A DNA stretch of 64,000 nucleotides. Source: Trichosphaerium sp. ATCC 40318. Its lineage: Eukaryota > Protista > Tubulinea. Under the pieces are notes generated by a model. That model worked only from the letters and a program-made list of their open reading frames with translations. It made no database searches and was not told the origin of the DNA. Numbering within the stretch: position 1 is the first letter of the stretch; every line of letters starts with the position of its first letter. The stretch covers positions 136,829 through 200,828 of the forward strand of contig JALMLS010000471.1 of NCBI GenBank assembly GCA_038496445.1. Reading direction: 5' to 3'. The position numbers and the translations under genes are program-made. This document shows positions 60,764 to 64,000 of the stretch, piece after piece.

Positions 60764-61079
60764 GATAACAGTGTTTGTAAAATACGGTACAAACCGAAAC
60801 TGCGACTTAAAACCAAGATTTTGTAGTGTTTAAGCGTGTGAAGCAAAAAACGCTACAATGCAGTTTCGCGTGGAGCATCTACTCTAAATTCAATACTAAT
60901 TATGTACTTGACAGTTTTTGTTTCACACAGTCGCATGTACTATTTAAATACGTTGTCGTCTTTCTTTTCTGAAAAGAGGAGGTTGTCGAGAAGTTGATTC
61001 ACGTATTTGATTTCATGTTGGCGATTAATTTTGCGAAAATCGTCAAACTCAAATAAACAAAATAGCACATTTATAAATA

Positions 61080-62024
61080 ATGGCAACTACACTGACAACA
61101 TTTAAACAAGAGTTTAATGGTACTCTTATGGTATGTTATAGGGCTACACAGTAAAGTTTGCACGGTTGACTGTTAAAGTAGGATCCTGTTCAAAGAGAAT
61201 GGACTATACGCAATAAAAAGGAGTTTAAAGAGTTCCAAGTGCGTACTTTACCTAAGACTCTAACTAATCTTTAATCAAGGCTTCTATGACGCGCACACGG
61301 CCAAAGTTCGTACCTAGAGCAAAGAAAATTGCTGGTTGGGTTCCAAACACAGAAACACTATTCGCAGATCCTCCAAAGTTCGACTGGGACAAAGTCATGC
61401 TTATCGTACGTACAGCCAAAGGAGTTTCAAAAATAGCACAAACAATTAGAAAACGCGTCAAACAGCCCGAAACAAGCTCCGTTACGCTTAATTTTATTCC
61501 CCATCGCGTATTCTATTGGTAATTACCTCTCTAAGGATCTTAGGCGTATGCTGGAGCAAAAATCGATAAAATTGCCATTCAAAGCGGTGTAGCAAAAGTA
61601 TCTGGAACGTACACTCCACAAGATAACAAGTATCATGCCGTTGTAGTGAAATCAAAGGCAATTTCTAAGGTTGAATTCTCTTCAAGCGGACGGTAGGGTC
61701 ATTATTGTCTTACTTGACTAGTCTTTTCTTTGGTTGAAACTAAATTGGTATAGGCGTTCTATTCATTCAAGACCGCGACAATCGAAAGGAGGACGTGCTC
61801 CAGTTAGGAGACCTATATCACAAGAACCTGCTATGGATATGGGACCTATATCTCAAAGGTGTACTGACGATGGTCCTGAGTTTATGCAAATGGAGAGTGA
61901 TTGTCCTATGATTGAACAAAGGTGTACTGACGATGGCCCTAAGTTTATGCAAATGGAAAATGACGGTCCTATGATGGAACAAATGTGCGCTGGTGGCCCA
62001 GAGATCATGCAAGTTCCACAATAG
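61080..62024 (+). CDS. Hypothetical protein with a possible PrcB_C-like domain and C-terminal 20-aa repeats
   Basis: Five exons join in frame (MATTLTTFKQEFNGTLM|DPVQREWTIRNKKEFKEFQ|...PPKFDWDKVMLIV...YHAVVVK..KVEF); (E/S)Q(R/M)C..GP.(F/I)MQ occurs three times. Confidence 0.55.
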
Positions 62025-62329
62025 TGAGCAAGGCGGTGTTTTGTAATATATAAAACAGTATTCTGTTAACAATTGATATGTGCGCTCTCTAACGCATACT
62101 GTTTTTCTTTATGAGTTGCGCAAGCCAAAACAACTTAGCAGACCCTATCATTTATCTGAAAGCAAATACCATAGTAAACGGTAGTTCACTGGTTCGCTAA
62201 TTTATTGGATGGCAACTAGTGAAAAACTAGAAAAAAAAAAGCGGTACCTTTTGTACACTTTTGGCTCTCGATTGGAAAGTTCCACTAGTATTCATTCTGT
62301 GAAAAAGTTACAAAACTGCACAATTTAAA

Positions 62330-62760
62330 CATATGTGTAGGTGTGGCCCTTTAACTAAATTGAAATATAAGAAAGTTGCAAGATTGCTTCGTGTTATACC
62401 TTGAGTGACAGATAAAAGTGTTAGAGCGTTAACTGGTGTCCATACAATAAATTTGGCTCGTACTAAAGTGACAGATGAAGGTGTTAAAGCATTAGCTGGA
62501 GGTCATATGATCGATTTAATCAGTACTGAAGTTACCGATGAAGGTGAATCACTGGTGTTCATACACTGAACCTAGAATCATGTAGGGGCATTATCAGATC
62601 ATGCATGACAATGCTTGCTAATGTGGACACTTTAAATATGTCAGATCTATGCATCAGATGATTGGCTTATTCTACTTTCTGGAAAGGAGTTTGCATCATT
62701 AATAAGTATACAACATACAGTTCAGCAGTATTCGGGTTTTAAGAACATATAGATGAACTA
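62330..62760 (+). pseudogene. Degenerate LRR fragment of the F-box/LRR family
   Basis: VTDKSVRALTGVHTINLARTKVTDEGVKALAGGHMIDL followed by frameshifts. Confidence 0.7.
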
Positions 62761-63104
62761 ACAGGAAGAGGCGTTAGAAGGATTTGGAGGCCGTAGTTAA
62801 AAATGAAGAAAAACTGTTTGGATATTACTATGTTCGGTTCTCTTGTACACAGTTGTTGAAACAAGTGGCCATGCTGGAGCCTATGGTGTGTACTAGGGGC
62901 AACACTCAACGTATCGAACTATATAATTACCTGTTAGATAATGATAAGAACAATTGATATTCAAGAGTTGTGTTGTTAGGATAACACGTGTTAAACACTC
63001 GATTTCGAGTGACTGACTCAAAAAATATGTATTGACCTAGTTTATTTGTTTATCCTACCAAGTTGTTAAGTGATAGAAACGAAGTAGAAATTCATTTTGA
63101 ACCA

Positions 63105-64000
63105 ATGATTTCTGTCGCCGAGATTTTCGTTTTGCGGCTTCAGCGAGTGGGTCCTGTTGCTAAAACGTAAAGTAAAATAGCGTATTTCGTCGTTTTGGCT
63201 ATACCGTGAGAGTAGATGGGATCTTGGAACTTATCAGGAACCAACACCTAAAAGAGAAAATTGTCTTAATTTGGCTATTGAGCCTTTTTAAATTTTATAA
63301 GCTTATACGTGGCACGTGGTATAAAAGTCTCCAAGTCTTTGTGAGGCTATTAAAAATGTGTTACATGACGCGAGTTCTGGCATTTTTCACTTTTTTTTTT
63401 TGATCAATCCTAAAATGACTTAATCTTACACTTAATCAAATAACTCGAGTTGTTGAGTAGAGAAAAACCTTTCAATAGCGTATCATTACTAACATCATAG
63501 TATAAAACGCTGTGGTACGTTTTTACTATCGTGTCAACTTTTTTACACTTGCGAACTTGAGAAAGTGAGTAATTTTGCTTTAGAACATTCGAAAGGACAA
63601 CACAGATGGAGGTTAACGTATCTGACCCATCAACACCGCCAAATGTTGAAGATAAAACAGACATTTTCACACTCGATGAGCAACCAGAGAATGACGCTCC
63701 AATCAAGTCCAGCGAGCCAATTGACGTTGTCAACACACTTGCAAAAACGTTAGAACCTGTTGTCGTAAACTCGTACAGAGAAGAAGCATTTGACAAGTGG
63801 AATGCTAGAGTACACGTCGAGAGGTCACTACAAGCTACTAAACGCTCAAAACTATCCGAAAAGGTAAAATCTCGGACAAATACGCATAAATAAGCATAAA
63901 ACCTTTTTTGAACGCATAGAAAAATACGTTATTATAGCGTTAACGCTAGGGAACAGGTCCCGAATGTCACTTCAACTAACACGTTTTTTTTTGTAGATTC
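63105..64000 (+). CDS. Partial multi-exon hypothetical gene running off the window
   Basis: Acidic exon at 63583-63864 bounded by AG/GT sites; the start is uncertain. Confidence 0.35.

Noticed and set aside
1-64000. Alternative genetic code as an explanation for the many short ORFs
   Set aside because: Short GT-AG introns account for the fragmentation, and TAA, TAG and TGA all terminate well-supported genes.

Overview
AT-rich eukaryotic DNA with many short GT-AG introns, protist-like; the taxon cannot be fixed from this window. Conserved multi-exon genes (DH-PH RhoGEF, divergent Pth-like protein, NOMO, arylsulfatase and DRG GTPase) flank a dynamic accessory region from about 21 to 57 kb. That region holds intronless F-box/LRR genes, a three-copy unknown gene family, two non-LTR retrotransposon remnants and two non-autonomous TIR elements; an apparently complete MULE lies further left at 12.85-15.85 kb. 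It also holds a duplicated three-gene cassette: an ankyrin gene head-to-head with an ADP-ribosyltransferase (ART) gene, followed by an intronless bacterial-type YwqG/DUF1963-like gene. The main finding is the long ART gene, which I spliced by eye into Ig-fold DNA-binding-like domain, IPT/TIG, ankyrin repeats, PARP-like H-Y-E domain, Lys-rich repeats and coiled coil. This is an NF-kB-precursor-like layout fused to a PARP domain, and its paralog is reduced in frame to the ART domain. The second main finding is an RT-RNase H LINE whose sense-strand 3' end is a structured three-way junction followed by poly(T) rather than poly(A). All exon structures and domain calls were made manually without database searches.
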